Notes: generated from the letters alone by a model not told the origin. Positions 7,039 through 16,413 are shown, counted from the stretch's first letter. The stretch is 32,000 nt of DNA from an uncultured archaeon (GCA_964586355.1 CAZPGO010000032.1:1-32000), one strand, 5' to 3'. Made by a program: numbers and translations.

Positions 7039-8130
7039 ATGTCAAAAGAAGAAATAATAATAGATGCATGGTCAAGTAATAAAATAGACAATTATGATCA
7101 TGTTTTTAAAGAATTTGGTCTGGAAAAATTTACAGATTATGATCTCTCAGACCATTATTTATTTAAAAGAAAAATAATAATTGCTCAAAGAGATTTTAAA
7201 AAAATAAGAAAAGTAATAGAAAATAAATCTAAATTTTTACAATTAACTGGAATAGCGTCCTCAGGAGATCTTCATTTTGGTCATAAGATAGATATTGATC
7301 TATTTTTACTTTTTAAACAATTAGGGGCAACAAGCAAATTTTGTATTTGTGATATTGATGCATATGTTAGTAGAGACGACTCAAAGATAAAAGATATGAA
7401 AATTGCAAAAGAAATTGCTGTAAAAAATGTTGCTGATATTATTGCTTTAGGAGTAGACCCAAAAGACATATATGTACAATCACAAAAAGAAAAAGAATAT
7501 TATCAATTTTCATATGAGATTTCAAAAAAGATAACACAAAATATGTTTGAAGCTATTTATGGGCATGTAAATCTTGGTAAAATGTCTTCTGTTTTTTTAC
7601 AAATATCTGATATTTTACATATGCAACTTCCTTTTATGTATGGTAAAGCACCAGAAATTACAGGAATTGGATTAGATCAAGATCCTCATGCAAGAATCAC
7701 AAGAGATGTTTCTAAGAGAGTAAATTATGATATAGAACCTCCCTCTTTTTTTTACTTTTTACATCAATCAGGTCTAAAGGAAGGAGAAAAAATGAGCTCA
7801 TCAGATCCAGACACTGCCATCTTTTTAAATGATAACCCAGAAATAGCAAAAAAGAAAATAAACAAGGCATTTACTGGTGGCTGTGTGACTATTGAAGAGC
7901 AAAAAGAAAAGGGTGGAAATCCTGATGTTTGTAAGATCTACGAGATGTTTAAATTTCATCATCCAGATAATGATTTTTTAGAAAAAACATATACTGACTG
8001 TAGATCAGGAAAACTACTTTGTGGAGAATGTAAAAAAAATTGTTCAGAATTTGTTTGTAAGTTTTTAGAAGATCATAAAAAAAAGAGAGATGACTCTTTA
8101 GAGATTGCTAAAAAAATTGTTTATGGTTAA
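7039..8130 (+). CDS. trpS: Tryptophanyl-tRNA synthetase, archaeal/eukaryal type
   Basis: Class I motifs HFGH (HIGH) and KMSSS. GLDQDPHARITRDVSKRV..FLHQSGL..EKMSSSDP..AIFLND parallels eukaryal/archaeal TrpRS. The C-terminal CRSGKLLCGECKK is typical of TrpRS rather than TyrRS. Confidence 0.8.
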   Translation: MSKEEIIIDAWSSNKIDNYDHVFKEFGLEKFTDYDLSDHYLFKRKIIIAQRDFKKIRKVIENKSKFLQLTGIASSGDLHFGHKIDIDLFLLFKQLGATSKFCICDIDAYVSRDDSKIKDMKIAKEIAVKNVADIIALGVDPKDIYVQSQKEKEYYQFSYEISKKITQNMFEAIYGHVNLGKMSSVFLQISDILHMQLPFMYGKAPEITGIGLDQDPHARITRDVSKRVNYDIEPPSFFYFLHQSGLKEGEKMSSSDPDTAIFLNDNPEIAKKKINKAFTGGCVTIEEQKEKGGNPDVCKIYEMFKFHHPDNDFLEKTYTDCRSGKLLCGECKKNCSEFVCKFLEDHKKKRDDSLEIAKKIVYG

Positions 8131-8187
8131 ATTTTTCCAATTCTCTTTTTTTAAACGTTTTTTTTTATAAATTTAAAAAAGAGTGTA

Positions 8188-8196
8188 TTTATATAT
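8188..8196 (+). promoter_or_regulatory. TATA-like box (tttatatat) centred ~26 nt upstream of the structured RNA 5' end
   Basis: Position relative to 8218 fits archaeal TATA spacing. Sequence-only. Confidence 0.35.
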
Positions 8197-8217
8197 TTTT
8201 TGTTTCTTAAATATAAT

Positions 8218-8347
8218 GGTGTGTAGAAGGGATTAGAAAGGTTTGCATCTTTCTTTGACTAGTATGCTTTAAGCTAGGTCTTTGTTGTTCTGTTGAGGAG
8301 TGTTCGCTTCGGTAGTTCTTTTTGACTTTGCAACTTTTCTGCACACC
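8218..8347 (+). rRNA. Structured 130-nt RNA; candidate divergent 5S rRNA (alternative: unclassified ncRNA)
   Basis: A G+C-enriched island in an AT-rich spacer. A 12-bp terminal helix pairs 8218-8229 with 8336-8347 and is followed immediately by T8. A three-way junction carries two ~50-nt arms. Arm 1 pairs 8231-8236 with 8274-8280 (bulged A) and GCAU 8245-8248 with AUGC 8264-8267; its ..AUGCUUUAAGCUAGG.. resembles the conserved 5S ..GAAGUUAAGC.. segment in the equivalent position. Arm 2 (8284-8334) is a long irregular hairpin capped by C(UUCG)G at 8307-8312. I could not see the loop E AGUA/GAA motif. Confidence 0.5.
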
Positions 8348-8375
8348 TTTTTTTTGGTTATTTTATAACTACTTT

Positions 8376-8966
8376 TTATTTTAAATAAATATTTATTAAT
8401 TCTTTTATTTCAATAAATGTTAAATCAGGGCAAATTTTTTGTAAAAACTTAAAAGCAGGATCTTTAGCATTTAATTGTCTTAATTTAAAATTCCCAAATG
8501 TTTTTGCAACATTTGTTTTTTCTAATCTGTTTATTGCTGATTGTATTTTTTTTTTTAAGTTTTTATTTTCTTTATATTTATTTGCAAAATCAATTCTTTG
8601 TCTTGTTATTCTGTATTCTTGTCTATATGGATCTTGGTTTATTCTTTTAATAACCTCTTCTCTAACTTTTGGATCTTTAGTATACATTCCAAATAAGTAA
8701 TTTAAGTGAGCTGTTTTTAGTTCACTAATTGTAAGATCCCCAAAATGTTTTTTTATAAGTTCAATTACTTGTTTATTCTCTACAGATTTAAATTTAGATA
8801 TGTGCAAAAATTCTAAAACAGACATTTTTGGACTACTATTTATTGCGTCTCTTAATCTTCCAGCAACATTTCTTTGATCTTCAAGGACTATTTCAAAGTT
8901 TGGTATTCTTTTTGCTGGTCTTTTTTGAGTTGTAGTTGTTTTTGTTATTTTTTTTACTGGTTTCAT
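8376..8966 (-). CDS. Hypothetical basic protein (196 aa)
   Basis: Long ORF 43 nt downstream of the NIF3 gene on the same strand. Lys/Arg/Thr-rich N-terminus (KKITKTTTTQKRPAKR). I recognise no family. Confidence 0.55.
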   Translation of the reverse strand: MKPVKKITKTTTTQKRPAKRIPNFEIVLEDQRNVAGRLRDAINSSPKMSVLEFLHISKFKSVENKQVIELIKKHFGDLTISELKTAHLNYLFGMYTKDPKVREEVIKRINQDPYRQEYRITRQRIDFANKYKENKNLKKKIQSAINRLEKTNVAKTFGNFKLRQLNAKDPAFKFLQKICPDLTFIEIKELINIYLK

Positions 8967-9009
8967 ATTTTTGCCTTTTAAAATTTTACTGATTATTTAA
9001 ATAAAATGA

Positions 9010-9852
9010 TCACATATCTTCTAAGATTGGTGTTCCTTCAATAAATTCAGAAGGCAGACCTTGTTTTTTAAAATAATCAACCATTAATATACAAGCAAAT
9101 TTTTCTGTAGAATAATGAGTTCCACCAAGCAGATTGATTTTTCTTTTTTTTAAATATTCATGTGCTTCTTTTGAATAATTATTTTTTGTGGTAATACCAG
9201 TTATAAATAAATTACACTCTTTAGGAATTTTTTCTAAGATTTCTAGATTATTTCCTCCGCCAGCAACTAAAGCGACCTTATTATTTATTATCTTAGAATC
9301 TCCATATTTGTATAACTTAATTTTGTGGCCAACAGCCTTTTCAAAATTTTTTTTAACATCTGTAACTTTATCAGTATCCGCAATACCTAAAACACCACAT
9401 AATCCACCAAAATAAGGACAAAACTGTGTTTCTACTTTTATATTTAGTGCTTTTGATAATGTGTTTGTTGTAGAAAATTTGCTGAAATTATCTAATGGAA
9501 CATGAAGGCAATAAATTGAAATTCTTCTTTCTTTAAAAATTTTTAAATATTTTTCAGGAATCTCCTCAAACACTTCTTTTTTTCTAATATCCCAAACTTG
9601 CGGGTGGTGAACAAATAACAATAGATCTGTTTCTTTTTTTGCTATTATTTTTTTAAGAACCTTCTCTTCTGGAAAAACAGCAGTGTAAACCTTTTTTATT
9701 TCTTTAGAAAAATCATAAACTACCCCCATAGATCTTTCTTTAAAATTATTTGATAAATATTTATTTGTTTTAGTAAATTTCCAGTCATCACTAAGACCTC
9801 TTCTTAATATAAAGTATTGTTCAAGTTTTTCATATATTTTTTTTGCAAGCAT
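9010..9852 (-). CDS. NIF3-family dinuclear metal-centre protein (YbgI/YqfO-like)
   Basis: FVHHPQVWD, CLHVPLD and LGGTHYSTEKF motifs are characteristic of the NIF3 family. Confidence 0.8.
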   Translation of the reverse strand: MLAKKIYEKLEQYFILRRGLSDDWKFTKTNKYLSNNFKERSMGVVYDFSKEIKKVYTAVFPEEKVLKKIIAKKETDLLLFVHHPQVWDIRKKEVFEEIPEKYLKIFKERRISIYCLHVPLDNFSKFSTTNTLSKALNIKVETQFCPYFGGLCGVLGIADTDKVTDVKKNFEKAVGHKIKLYKYGDSKIINNKVALVAGGGNNLEILEKIPKECNLFITGITTKNNYSKEAHEYLKKRKINLLGGTHYSTEKFACILMVDYFKKQGLPSEFIEGTPILEDM

Positions 9853-9919
9853 ACTAATAATAGATAAGATTTATATATAAATTCTTTCTATTTTTAATAT
9901 ATTATAAAAAGAGGATAAT

Positions 9920-10525
9920 ATGCCTGGCAAATATGAAAATATTGTTATGTTAGTTCATCCATTGTATGATCTTATCTATAATGATATTAATGATTTACTT
10001 AGTGAAAGAAAAGCAACCAGCTTAAATCTATTTATAAAAGACGCCTTAAAAGATCCAAAAATAAAACATCAATTAATAACAACAATAACAGAATATAGAA
10101 AAGAGCTTCTAAAATATCAAAAAGACCCTGCAACACTTCTGTTAATCTATTTGCCAACAGTAAAAAATACAGATCTAGATTTTATCTTTAAAAGGGTGTC
10201 TAAGGAACTTATAGTGGATCTAAAAAAAATATTTAAAGAAAGATTAATAATAAGCACTAGGTTTTCAGTAGATAATCTAATCTCAGAAATACCTCTAAAA
10301 AATTTTTCTAAGAAAATACAATTAAAGGCCTTTGGAGAATATAAAAATATTTGTGTAACAACCTATCTAGATTCTCTTGCAAATCAATTAGAGCAAAGAG
10401 GATTTAAAACAAGATCTAAAATACTTGCAAGAAAATCCTACTCTTCTTCTAATGGTAGATTTCCTGGGTTAGATCATAAGGCAAGGTTTAGATCTTTAAG
10501 AAGGTTTGTAAAAAGACCATTGTGA
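9920..10525 (+). CDS. Hypothetical protein (201 aa) with a basic C-terminal tail
   Basis: ORF with an upstream gaggat SD-like site. No confident family. The segment AFGEYKNICVTTYLDSLANQLEQRGF faintly recalls cysteine-hydrolase/isochorismatase-like folds, but this is weak. Confidence 0.5.
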   Translation: MPGKYENIVMLVHPLYDLIYNDINDLLSERKATSLNLFIKDALKDPKIKHQLITTITEYRKELLKYQKDPATLLLIYLPTVKNTDLDFIFKRVSKELIVDLKKIFKERLIISTRFSVDNLISEIPLKNFSKKIQLKAFGEYKNICVTTYLDSLANQLEQRGFKTRSKILARKSYSSSNGRFPGLDHKARFRSLRRFVKRPL

Positions 10526-10612
10526 TTCTCTAATCAAAACCATTATAAAAGATTTGATTAACTATTTTTAGTATATATTTTACTTAAATATATTTATTAA
10601 TAAAGATCTAAT

Positions 10613-13243
10613 ATGAATAAAGAAATTACTGGACTAACAACCATTGAAGCAAAAAAAGAACTAGAAAAATATGGATATAATGAGCTTAAAGAATCAAATA
10701 AAGCTTCCTGGTATTCTATACTATTTAGACAAGTGAAAAGTAATTTTATAGTCTATTTTTTATTTGTAGCAATGATCCTATCCTTTTTTGTAGAAAAATC
10801 AGTAACAGCTTATACCATTTTAGCAGTAATAGTTTTAGTTATTGGTGTTGGTTTTTTTCAAGAATATAAGGCAGAAAAAGCAGTTGAAGCACTAAAAGGT
10901 ATGTTAATGCCAATAAGTGTGGTTTTAAGAGATGGTAAGGAAAAAGAAATTCCATCTAAAGAAATAGTTCCAGAAGATATTATTTTTATAAGAACTGGAG
11001 AAAAGATTCCTGCTGATGCTGTGATTTTAGAAGAAAATCATTTGTTGATTAATGAATCAATATTAACTGGAGAATCCAAAGAGGTTAAGAAAAAAAAAAT
11101 GATCTCTATAGATGATATTACAAATGATAACAAAATATTTATGGGTTCTTTTGTAGTAAATGGAAAATGTAAAGCAAAAGTACTTCACACAGGAATGAAC
11201 ACCAAATTTGGAAAAATTGCTGGTTTAATTTCTGATACTGAAAAAAGTTTGCCTTTACAAAATAAATTAAATTATATAATAAGGTATATTACTTTTTTTG
11301 GAGTAATTTTAGCATTATTAGCAGGAATACTAGTTTTATTTAGATCAACACCAATAACTTCAGAAGTTATAATAGAAGTACTGATACTTGTAATTGCAAT
11401 AGGGGTTTCTGTTTTTCCAGAAGGTTTTCCAGTAGCACTTATAACCACTCTTTCTTTTGGTGCTTATAGAATGGCAAAGCAAAATGCAATTGTTAATAGA
11501 ATGTCAATTATTGAAACACTTGGAGAGACAACAGTAATCTGTTCAGATAAAACAGGAACTATTACAAAAGGAGAAATGACAGTAAAAAAGATCTTTGTAA
11601 ATAATCAGTTAATTGATGTTAGTGGTGCCGGTTATGAAAAAAAAGGAGAGTTTTTAATAAATAATAAACCAATTAAAGGGTTTGATGAGTTAGATCTTTT
11701 AATAAAAACTGGTGTTTTATGTAATAATTGTTTTGTTCAAGAAATAGAAAATGATATTAATTATAAGATAAGTGGCACACCAACAGAAGCTGCCCTTTTA
11801 GTACTGGGTACTAAAAAAAATATTTTTAAGGAAGATTATAAACTAGAAATAATCGATGAAATTCCTTTTAATTCTGATAAAAAGATGATGAGTGTTATCT
11901 ATAATGAAAACAATAGTTTTACTGTTTATTCAAAAGGGGCACCAGAAGTTATTATTAATAAATGTAATAAAATAATAGTAAATGGAAAAATAAAAACATT
12001 AACAGCTAAAGATAAAGAAGAAGTCTTAAAAGCAAATAAAGATTTAAATTTATTTGCATTAAGAACAATTGCTCTTGCATATAAAACTCAAAAATCAAAA
12101 GAAGATCCTGAAAAAGATCTAATATTTATTGGGCTTGTTGGTTTAGAAGATCCCCCAAGAGAAGAAGTTAAAGAGACTATTAAAATTTGTCAGAATGCAG
12201 GAATCTCTGTAAAAATGATTACTGGAGATAATAAAGAAACTGCTATATCAATTGCAAAACAAATAGGTCTAGATTCCAAAAATTATCTTTTAGGTAGCAA
12301 TCTAGATTCTATGACAGATGATGAACTAAAAAAAACCATTGAAAGCATAACAATTTTTGCAAGAGTAAGGCCAGAGCATAAGTTAAGAATTGTAAAAGCA
12401 CTAAAAGAAAATAATGAGATCGTAACAATGACAGGAGATGGAGTAAACGATGCTCCTGCGCTAAAAGAAGCTCATGTTGGTGTAGCTATGGGTAAAGCAG
12501 GGACAGATGTTTCTAGGTCTGTTGCAGATCTTATTCTAAAAGATGATAATTTTGCAACTATTGTTAATGCAGTAAAAGAAGGTAGGACCATTTTTAGCAA
12601 TTTAAGGAAATTTGTAACTTATCAGTTATCTTGTAACTTTTCTGAAATCTTTGTAATTATTATTGGTGTTCTTCTTGCGATTAAATTTGGATGGGTTGTG
12701 CCATTATTACTACCATTACATATTTTGTTTATGAATATGGTTACTGATAATCTGCCAGCAATAACACTAGGTCTTAATCCCTCTTCTAAAAACATAATGG
12801 CTCAAAAACCAAGACACAAAGGCATATTAACAAAAAACTTAATAATTTTGTTTTTGTTTACTGGTTTGGTTATGGGTGTTTTTACTTTAGCCACATACTA
12901 TTTTACTTTTAATTATTTAGGTCATTCTGTAGAGATTGCTAGAACCACAGCACTTGCAACATTAATAATATTGGAGTTAGTTGCTGCATATAGTTTTAGA
13001 TCTTTTAACAAAACAATACTTTCAAGATCTCCTTTTGTAAATAAATATTTGTTTTTTGCTGCTACTTTATCTTTTATAGCAACCATAATTATAATTTATA
13101 CACCTATAAATAAAATATTTTTAACAGTTCCAATAGTGTTAAGTGATTGGTTAGTTGTTATTTTGTTTTCTGTATTATTTGCAATAATATTTGATCTATT
13201 AAAAATATTAAATACTAAATATAATTTTTGGACAATAGAGTGA
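10613..13243 (+). CDS. P-type cation-transporting ATPase, type II (Ca2+/PacL-like)
   Basis: TGES, CSDKTGTITKGEM, MITGDN and TGDGVNDAPALKEA motifs. N-terminal LTTIEAKKELEKYGYNEL. About 10 TM segments. Confidence 0.9.
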   Translation: MNKEITGLTTIEAKKELEKYGYNELKESNKASWYSILFRQVKSNFIVYFLFVAMILSFFVEKSVTAYTILAVIVLVIGVGFFQEYKAEKAVEALKGMLMPISVVLRDGKEKEIPSKEIVPEDIIFIRTGEKIPADAVILEENHLLINESILTGESKEVKKKKMISIDDITNDNKIFMGSFVVNGKCKAKVLHTGMNTKFGKIAGLISDTEKSLPLQNKLNYIIRYITFFGVILALLAGILVLFRSTPITSEVIIEVLILVIAIGVSVFPEGFPVALITTLSFGAYRMAKQNAIVNRMSIIETLGETTVICSDKTGTITKGEMTVKKIFVNNQLIDVSGAGYEKKGEFLINNKPIKGFDELDLLIKTGVLCNNCFVQEIENDINYKISGTPTEAALLVLGTKKNIFKEDYKLEIIDEIPFNSDKKMMSVIYNENNSFTVYSKGAPEVIINKCNKIIVNGKIKTLTAKDKEEVLKANKDLNLFALRTIALAYKTQKSKEDPEKDLIFIGLVGLEDPPREEVKETIKICQNAGISVKMITGDNKETAISIAKQIGLDSKNYLLGSNLDSMTDDELKKTIESITIFARVRPEHKLRIVKALKENNEIVTMTGDGVNDAPALKEAHVGVAMGKAGTDVSRSVADLILKDDNFATIVNAVKEGRTIFSNLRKFVTYQLSCNFSEIFVIIIGVLLAIKFGWVVPLLLPLHILFMNMVTDNLPAITLGLNPSSKNIMAQKPRHKGILTKNLIILFLFTGLVMGVFTLATYYFTFNYLGHSVEIARTTALATLIILELVAAYSFRSFNKTILSRSPFVNKYLFFAATLSFIATIIIIYTPINKIFLTVPIVLSDWLVVILFSVLFAIIFDLLKILNTKYNFWTIE

Positions 13244-13267
13244 ATATAAACAAATAAAAGAGTAAAT

Positions 13268-13909
13268 ATGAGAAAAAGTAATTTACCATTAATTAGAAGA
13301 AAAATGGCTGCCTTTGGAGATATAGCAATAAGGGGAACAAATAAATTACATGAAAAAACAAATGGAAAAACATATAACGGATTTCATAATCATTTTATTT
13401 TTTCAAAAAAGTTATTAGATACAAATACATCAACAAGAGATCTAATCTCCAGAATTGGAAATGCAGTTAATGATGCTATGCACTATGCATTTAAGTATAG
13501 TGGCTTTCAATACAAATTAGTTGGAAACAAATTCAGTTATAAATATAATTCTAAAGATAAACCAACAGTTGTCTTTGTGATGTCAAAAGAAGGAATTGGT
13601 TTTGATGCTAATCTTCTAAAAACCACCTTGAGTTCAAAATTTGAAATCCCAGGATCAGAAAATATTCTTGGACTGACATATTCAGGGGGCATATTAGCAG
13701 ATAAAAAAAATGTTTTTTCTGTAACTATTGATAAAAAAGATTTAATAGATTTAAATTCTGCATTAAGTGAACATTTTAAAAAATTAGAAGCAAATAACCA
13801 GAAAATATATGGTAAAGAGATAAATGCTGATTATTTTTTAACAAATTTTTTAGTTAGAAGAATAATTTCTAAAGCTCTGGTGAAATATAGAAAAAGAGAA
13901 AAAAATTAA
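13268..13909 (+). CDS. Hypothetical soluble protein (213 aa)
   Basis: ORF 24 nt downstream of the ATPase gene on the same strand. I recognise no motif. Confidence 0.5.
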   Translation: MRKSNLPLIRRKMAAFGDIAIRGTNKLHEKTNGKTYNGFHNHFIFSKKLLDTNTSTRDLISRIGNAVNDAMHYAFKYSGFQYKLVGNKFSYKYNSKDKPTVVFVMSKEGIGFDANLLKTTLSSKFEIPGSENILGLTYSGGILADKKNVFSVTIDKKDLIDLNSALSEHFKKLEANNQKIYGKEINADYFLTNFLVRRIISKALVKYRKREKN

Positions 13910-15210
13910 TTTTTTCTGAATCTGTTTGGTCTTCTTTGTAGATTTGAAACATCTTTAAAACTTACAAAGTTTACATTCTTTTTATTACCAAAGGATTTAT
14001 TATTTGATTTTCTATTATTTGTTTTATTAGAAAAACTGGAATTAGATCTTCTGTTAGATTGTTTATTAGTTCTTTGTTTTTTTTCTAAGTGCTCTATTTG
14101 TATCCTTTCAAATCCTGGTGTTTTTATGGCTTTAAGTTTAAAACCAAAACTTTTTGCCATACCTACAAATTCGATCTCTTCTCTTACAGATAATAAACTT
14201 ATTGCTTTTCCGTCTTTTCCTGCTCTTGCAGTTCTACCTATTCTATGAATATATTGATTGTTTTCTTTTGGCAAATCAAAGTTATATATATGCTCTAAAT
14301 CTTCAATATGTATTCCTCTTGCAGAAACATCTGTAGAAATAAGTATAGCTGTTTTATTTTCTTTATAATTTTTTGTAATATTTGTTCTTCTGTTTTGTTC
14401 TAATCCACCATGTATCTTATAAACCTCTAAATTATGTTTTTTAAGGTTATTATAGATTAGATCTACTTCATCTCTAGTGTTACAAAAAACAATAGATTTT
14501 TTTTTTTCTGTTTTTAATAGATGTAATAATAATGAGATTTTTTCTGAAGATTTTATTATATAATATTCTTGTAATAACTTTGTAGGGTCTACCAAATGTT
14601 GAACTTTTATAATTTCTGGCTTTTTCATATACTTTCTTTCAATTTGATTTACATCTTTAGTAATTGTTGCAGAAAACAACAACATTTGTTTTCTATTTTT
14701 TGCAGAATCTATAATCTCAGTAATATCTTTGTAAAAACCCATGTCGCACATTCTGTCTGCCTCATCAAGAATGACAATATCTGTGTTATTTAGATTTAAT
14801 GTTTTTCTATTTAGGTGATCTAGTACTCTCCCAGGTGTTCCAATTACAATCACTGCTCTTTTAAGTTCATCTATTTGTTTATTAATAGGCATTCCACCAA
14901 AAACAACTGTGGAAAAAACTTTTTTATTTTTTGTAAGTGTTCTTGCTTCAGCATAGATCTGATTTGCTAATTCTCTTGTAGGGGTTAAGACAATAACATT
15001 TGCTTTTTTGTTTTTATCTAGTATTTGCAAAACACCAGATAAGAATGCAAAAGTTTTTCCTGTACCTGTAGCAGATTGTGCAATAACATCTTTTTTAGCT
15101 ATTATTTTTGGAATTGCTTTTTCTTGTATCTCTGTGGGTTTTTTATAGTCTAGTTTTTTTACAATATCTATAATATCAGAATCTAGACCAAGTTTTTGAA
15201 ATTCTTTCAT
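13906..15210 (-). CDS. DEAD-box ATP-dependent RNA helicase with an N/S/K/R-rich C-terminal tail
   Basis: Motifs AQSATGTGKT, PTRELA, TPGR, DEAD, SAT and HRIGRTARAG. Confidence 0.92.
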   Translation of the reverse strand: MKEFQKLGLDSDIIDIVKKLDYKKPTEIQEKAIPKIIAKKDVIAQSATGTGKTFAFLSGVLQILDKNKKANVIVLTPTRELANQIYAEARTLTKNKKVFSTVVFGGMPINKQIDELKRAVIVIGTPGRVLDHLNRKTLNLNNTDIVILDEADRMCDMGFYKDITEIIDSAKNRKQMLLFSATITKDVNQIERKYMKKPEIIKVQHLVDPTKLLQEYYIIKSSEKISLLLHLLKTEKKKSIVFCNTRDEVDLIYNNLKKHNLEVYKIHGGLEQNRRTNITKNYKENKTAILISTDVSARGIHIEDLEHIYNFDLPKENNQYIHRIGRTARAGKDGKAISLLSVREEIEFVGMAKSFGFKLKAIKTPGFERIQIEHLEKKQRTNKQSNRRSNSSFSNKTNNRKSNNKSFGNKKNVNFVSFKDVSNLQRRPNRFRKN

Positions 15211-15481
15211 AATTAATCACTTGTCCATTTTATTTTATTATTTAATTTTTTTATTGATCAAAAATAGTTTAATAAATTTTTTACTAAATATTTTTTATTT
15301 TTACAAATAAATTCAATAAATTATATATTATTTATAATAAGAAGCATTTAAAATATGGAAAGATTAGCTTCCTATTACCATCATTTTTTAAATATATAAT
15401 TATATATATTATTTATTAACTAATTTTTAGTACTATTTCTAATAATTAGTAATCTAAAGAAATAATTATTTGTGAGATTTT

Positions 15482-15820
15482 ATGAAAGATAATTTTGTTG
15501 TTTTAATAATTATGATTTTAGTGATTACTGTAATTGGTGAGATATTATTTATAATTCCTCACAACACAGAAAACACAAACAAAGTGAGTGTGGTATATCA
15601 ACCAATGCAATGTGAAGTAGAACCTTGGCAAGATGAAAACTTAAGTCTGGACATTTATTTTTCAAATAAAAATATAACTATAAGTGAATTTAAGAAAATA
15701 GAAAGATCAGAAATATTCTGTCAAGCTTGCGAGGTTTGCCCAAAAAGTTATTATTATACTATGAATGTATATGCCAAAGACCTAAGTCATTTAAAAAAAA
15801 TAGGCTTTAGCCAAATATAA
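15482..15820 (+). CDS. Small N-terminally anchored Cys-containing protein (112 aa), unknown function
   Basis: A single N-terminal hydrophobic helix, then CEVEPW and CQACEVCP. Lies 17 nt upstream of the FKBP gene. Confidence 0.45.
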   Translation: MKDNFVVLIIMILVITVIGEILFIIPHNTENTNKVSVVYQPMQCEVEPWQDENLSLDIYFSNKNITISEFKKIERSEIFCQACEVCPKSYYYTMNVYAKDLSHLKKIGFSQI

Positions 15821-15837
15821 AAAAAGGAGATGAAAAA

Positions 15838-16413
15838 ATGATAAAAGAAAATGATTGGATATCAATTGAATATGAGGGGAAATTTGAAGATGGGAAAGTC
15901 TTTGATTCTTCAAAAGAAAAACCATTAATCTTTAAGGTAGGTTCTGGAATGATAATTCCTGGATTAGATGAAGAAGTTGTTAATATGGCAGTAGGTGATA
16001 AAAAAACAATAACTATTCCTTGTGAAAAAGCATATGGTCCATTAAGTGATCAAGTTATGGATATTCCAAAATCTGCTTTTGGTGATTTTGATAATTTTGT
16101 TGAGGATACAGAATTACAGTTTGTTTCAAGTATGGGTCCTATTCTTTTAAAGATTATAAAGATCAATGAAGATAGCATAAGTGCAACAGTAAATCACCCT
16201 CTTGCAGGAAAAACATTAATATTTGATATAGAAATTAAAAAAATATTAACAGAAGAAGAATCTAAAGAACAAGAAGAAAAATTTAATAACTTTAGAGAGC
16301 AAATAGAGAAACTACACCACGCAGAAGAAGAATGTTCTTGTGAAAATTGTTCAGAATGTGCTGAAAGCTGTCAAGGATCTGTTTCTTCTGATTCTCAAGA
16401 AGATTGTGAATAA
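15838..16413 (+). CDS. FKBP-type peptidyl-prolyl isomerase, SlyD-like, with a Cys/acidic C-terminal tail
   Basis: GKVFDSS..FKVGSGMIIPGLDEEVVNMAVGDKK, plus an IF-like insert and HPLAGKTLIFDIEI. Tail: HHAEEECSCENCSECAESCQG. Confidence 0.85.
   Translation: MIKENDWISIEYEGKFEDGKVFDSSKEKPLIFKVGSGMIIPGLDEEVVNMAVGDKKTITIPCEKAYGPLSDQVMDIPKSAFGDFDNFVEDTELQFVSSMGPILLKIIKINEDSISATVNHPLAGKTLIFDIEIKKILTEEESKEQEEKFNNFREQIEKLHHAEEECSCENCSECAESCQGSVSSDSQEDCE

Noticed and set aside
8218-8347. Alternative identities for the structured RNA: tRNA, SRP RNA, RNase P RNA, C/D-box or H/ACA sRNA
   Set aside because: No cloverleaf or T-loop GTTCRANYC is present. It is far shorter than archaeal SRP or RNase P RNAs. 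It has no RUGAUGA/CUGA boxes. An ACA occurs near the 3' end, but it lies inside the 12-bp terminal helix rather than in a single-stranded tail.
15211-15481. Long 270-nt divergent spacer (and 27713-27984) as a possible ncRNA or small-ORF locus
   Set aside because: Extremely AT-rich with no G+C island or convincing stem. The only ATG-ORF is 14 codons (MERLASYYHHFLNI). Most simply, these are divergent promoter regions.
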